64,000 nucleotides of DNA from Lama guanicoe (lineage: Eukaryota). The DNA lies in assembly GCA_013239625.1 (NCBI GenBank), contig MU056303.1, positions 7,248,049 through 7,312,048 of the forward strand, in the 5' to 3' direction. A program made the translations under genes and the position numbers. Of the stretch, positions 62,281-64,000 are shown in pieces (the stretch's first letter is position 1; every line of letters begins with the position of its first letter). A model generated the notes under the pieces. It searched no databases. It was not told the DNA's origin and worked only from the letters and a program-made list of their open reading frames with translations.

Positions 62281-63355
62281 CAATTCTTCCAGTAATGGAA
62301 CATAATCTAAAGCTGCTAACATGATGTTGAAACACTATGAGGAAGCGCTGGCTGTAAGTGCAACATTTCCTACTGTCAGTATCTTCTTCTTCCCTCCCGT
62401 TTCCTCCTTGACACCCTAGGTCGGGCCGTCACATGCAAGGGCGAAGCCTGCTTATTCCTCTAGGCTTACTGTGGCCAGCCTATTATAGGGCTGCATATTA
62501 TAATCAGGTAAGAAAAATTTAAAAATAAGACAAAAGATAAATGATCCAAGTTCTATTATGTTCTATGACTCCATGAAACTTGAAACATACCAAGCTTCAG
62601 TGATAAAACTACTGCTCAATAAATGACTCATGAATACCTTGAAGGTGAGTTTAATACTTCAAAATTATGTTTTTTTACTATTTTTTTGTTTTATAAGAAC
62701 GTGATAAATGGTAAATAAATGCTGACAACTAAAAATGGAAACATTAAGACTTATTTATCCTTCGAAATAATGGCACATATTTTGATGACATAGTAAAAAG
62801 TAATCACATTACGGCAAAGCTGTGGATTATAAAAGCCCACTCGCTCATGGTAATGCGGTTAAAAGAATACATAGTAATTACCTCTTTTATAAGGTATTAA
62901 TATAGTATCTGGAAAACCTGGTGTGTAACACTCCAAATGTAGTATCTGCTGCCTAAATATTTCTGAAAACAATTTAACAGCAAAGTAACAATCAAATTGA
63001 GACTTCACCATTTTAACCAGTGCATGTCAAAAATGTGACTGACCTGGTTCATAAAAGGAAAAAGCTTAAAGATACTTATATCATAATTTATGATGACTAG
63101 AATTTTTGCATGTGTTTTCTTTCACATTTACTAGTAAAACACAACGTTTAATTTTTATTTGCCAATATTGCTGTAAGATTACTAAACTTATTTCAAGAAA
63201 ACCCTGGGGGAAAATGAAGTTAGGATTTGTCAATCTAAAACCATGTTGGCCATATTTTTAGTAATGGGGCAACCATACTAGAAGTGAAACAGTAAATTTC
63301 CTCTAGTAAAAAAAAATCACATTTGAACAAGGGGTTCAAATTAAAATCAATTTAC

Positions 63356-63447
63356 CTGTCAGATCCATTCCAACAACATTCAAATTTGTCAAATATGCAG
63401 TCATTTTCATACAGTGAACAAAGTTTACTTCTGAGGTATTCATGAAC
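63356..63447 (-). CDS. PPP2R2A: PPP2R2A (PP2A B55-alpha) penultimate coding exon ([31 protein letters not shown])
   Basis: Manual translation matches the B55 WD40 region. Acceptor TCTCAG|, donor CAG|GTAAAT. 92 nt. Synteny with BNIP3L identifies the alpha paralog. Confidence 0.96.
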
Positions 63448-64000
63448 CTGAGAAAAAACATATACATACATACTTAGTTTATATCTTAAAATCTACTGCT
63501 CTTGAAACTGGAAAATCTTTTAACAAGTCTCCATGTTTTAAAAGACACATATACCTTTTAATCTTACTGAAACTCAATTCTCTTAGAAACAATAAAGGCA
63601 TTTTATCCTTCTACAAACATCTGACCCCCTTCCATGAACACCCATTTTCCTACTGCACAGGAGAGAAAATACCCTTCTGGGCCTGGCACATGTATTCTTT
63701 ATAAGCTTGACTAAAATATTTTAGGCCAGAAAACATTTGAAAATGGCACAGACGAGAGACTAATTAAAGAATATTATAGCAGTGTTTGAATACGCTAACA
63801 CTTGGCTTTTAACCCATTAACTGTTGATAAGAAAATATGTAACGCTGTGGCTTTACTTCCTCTCTAACTACCATTTTTGGGGCATAAATAACTGAAGCCT
63901 ACAGCGTCATTAAGTGCATATGCTATGCATCACATGACCATGTCCTGGTGATAAGTTACATGGTTACTCCAAGCATGTGTCATGGAAATATTTGATATAA

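Overview
This is mammalian genomic DNA, almost certainly camelid: it carries four Vic-1-type tRNA-derived SINEs plus cetartiodactyl-type L1 3' ends and MER41-like LTRs. It comes from a gapped draft assembly. The window holds the complete BNIP3L (NIX) gene on the minus strand: six coding exons of 103+184+73+104+150+49 = 663 nt (220 aa), all GT-AG, with a CpG-island promoter near 46.3 kb and a ~2.7 kb 3'UTR. It also holds the last two coding exons and 3'UTR of PPP2R2A on the minus strand, with the stop codon lost in an N-gap. This matches the conserved PPP2R2A-BNIP3L-(PNMA2/DPYSL2) synteny. The rest is intronic or intergenic sequence filled with L1, L2, MIR, LTR and DNA-transposon relics, plus a retroposed U6 pseudogene in BNIP3L intron 2. 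Nearly all other ORFs in the supplied track are spurious. I found no new multi-gene system. The most notable unexplained items are an orphan CpG-island promoter at ~2.7-4.7 kb abutting an inverted pair of MER41-like LTRs, a 58-bp near-perfect dispersed duplication, recurrent CpG micro-islands (some inside ancient repeats), a 9-mer E-box repeated three times in BNIP3L, a strong CTCF motif between the two genes, and gaps clustered in the PPP2R2A last exon that hint at a retrocopy elsewhere. Repeat-family names and comparisons to human come from recalled consensus sequences, not from a search.
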